Assembly (NCBI GenBank): GCA_031372065.1
Contig: JANMKN010000192.1
Span: forward strand, 1-47,035
Length of the DNA stretch: 47,035 bases
Direction of reading: 5' to 3'
Origin: Abditibacteriaceae bacterium
Lineage (GTDB): Bacteria > Armatimonadota > Abditibacteriia > Abditibacteriales > Abditibacteriaceae
Notes under the pieces: generated by a model
The model's database searches: none
Seen by the model: only the letters and a program-made list of their open reading frames with translations
What the model was told of the DNA's origin: nothing
Program-made: the position numbers and the translations under genes
In this document: one piece after another, positions 47,032 through 47,035 of the stretch
Numbering within the stretch: the stretch's first letter is position 1
How the letters are laid out: each line of letters begins with the position of its first letter

Positions 47032-47035
47032 GGTT

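Overview
A bacterial chromosomal segment with about 36 likely genes. A DUF1559/H-X9-DG prepilin-like protein, a PSD1/DUF1549-DUF1553 cytochrome and a DUF1501 gene suggest Abditibacteriota/Armatimonadota or a PVC-like lineage (inference). Main blocks: (1) a cytochrome c-DUF1501 operon interrupted by a DUF5678-like/aspartyl-protease pair and followed by Uma2, an M15-like/L,D-transpeptidase fusion and an HNH gene; (2) a herA-sbcD-sbcC DNA end-processing cluster with no adjacent nurA; (3) a GH16 gene; (4) a TolC-MFP-RND efflux operon with PepSY and an OmpR-type two-component system; (5) three tandem paralogous secreted proteins of 1,285-1,436 aa; (6) housekeeping and accessory singletons. No rRNA, tRNA, CRISPR/cas, integrase, transposase or reverse transcriptase was recognised. 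The most unusual signal is intergenic: five sequence-unrelated degenerate arrays with a 20-21 bp period, often with palindromic half-units, alternating or inverted units. One lies upstream of an uncharacterised all-alpha protein. Another lies between a promoter-to-terminator structured RNA candidate and a short, possibly truncated ORF. All family calls are motif recognition by eye, not database searches.
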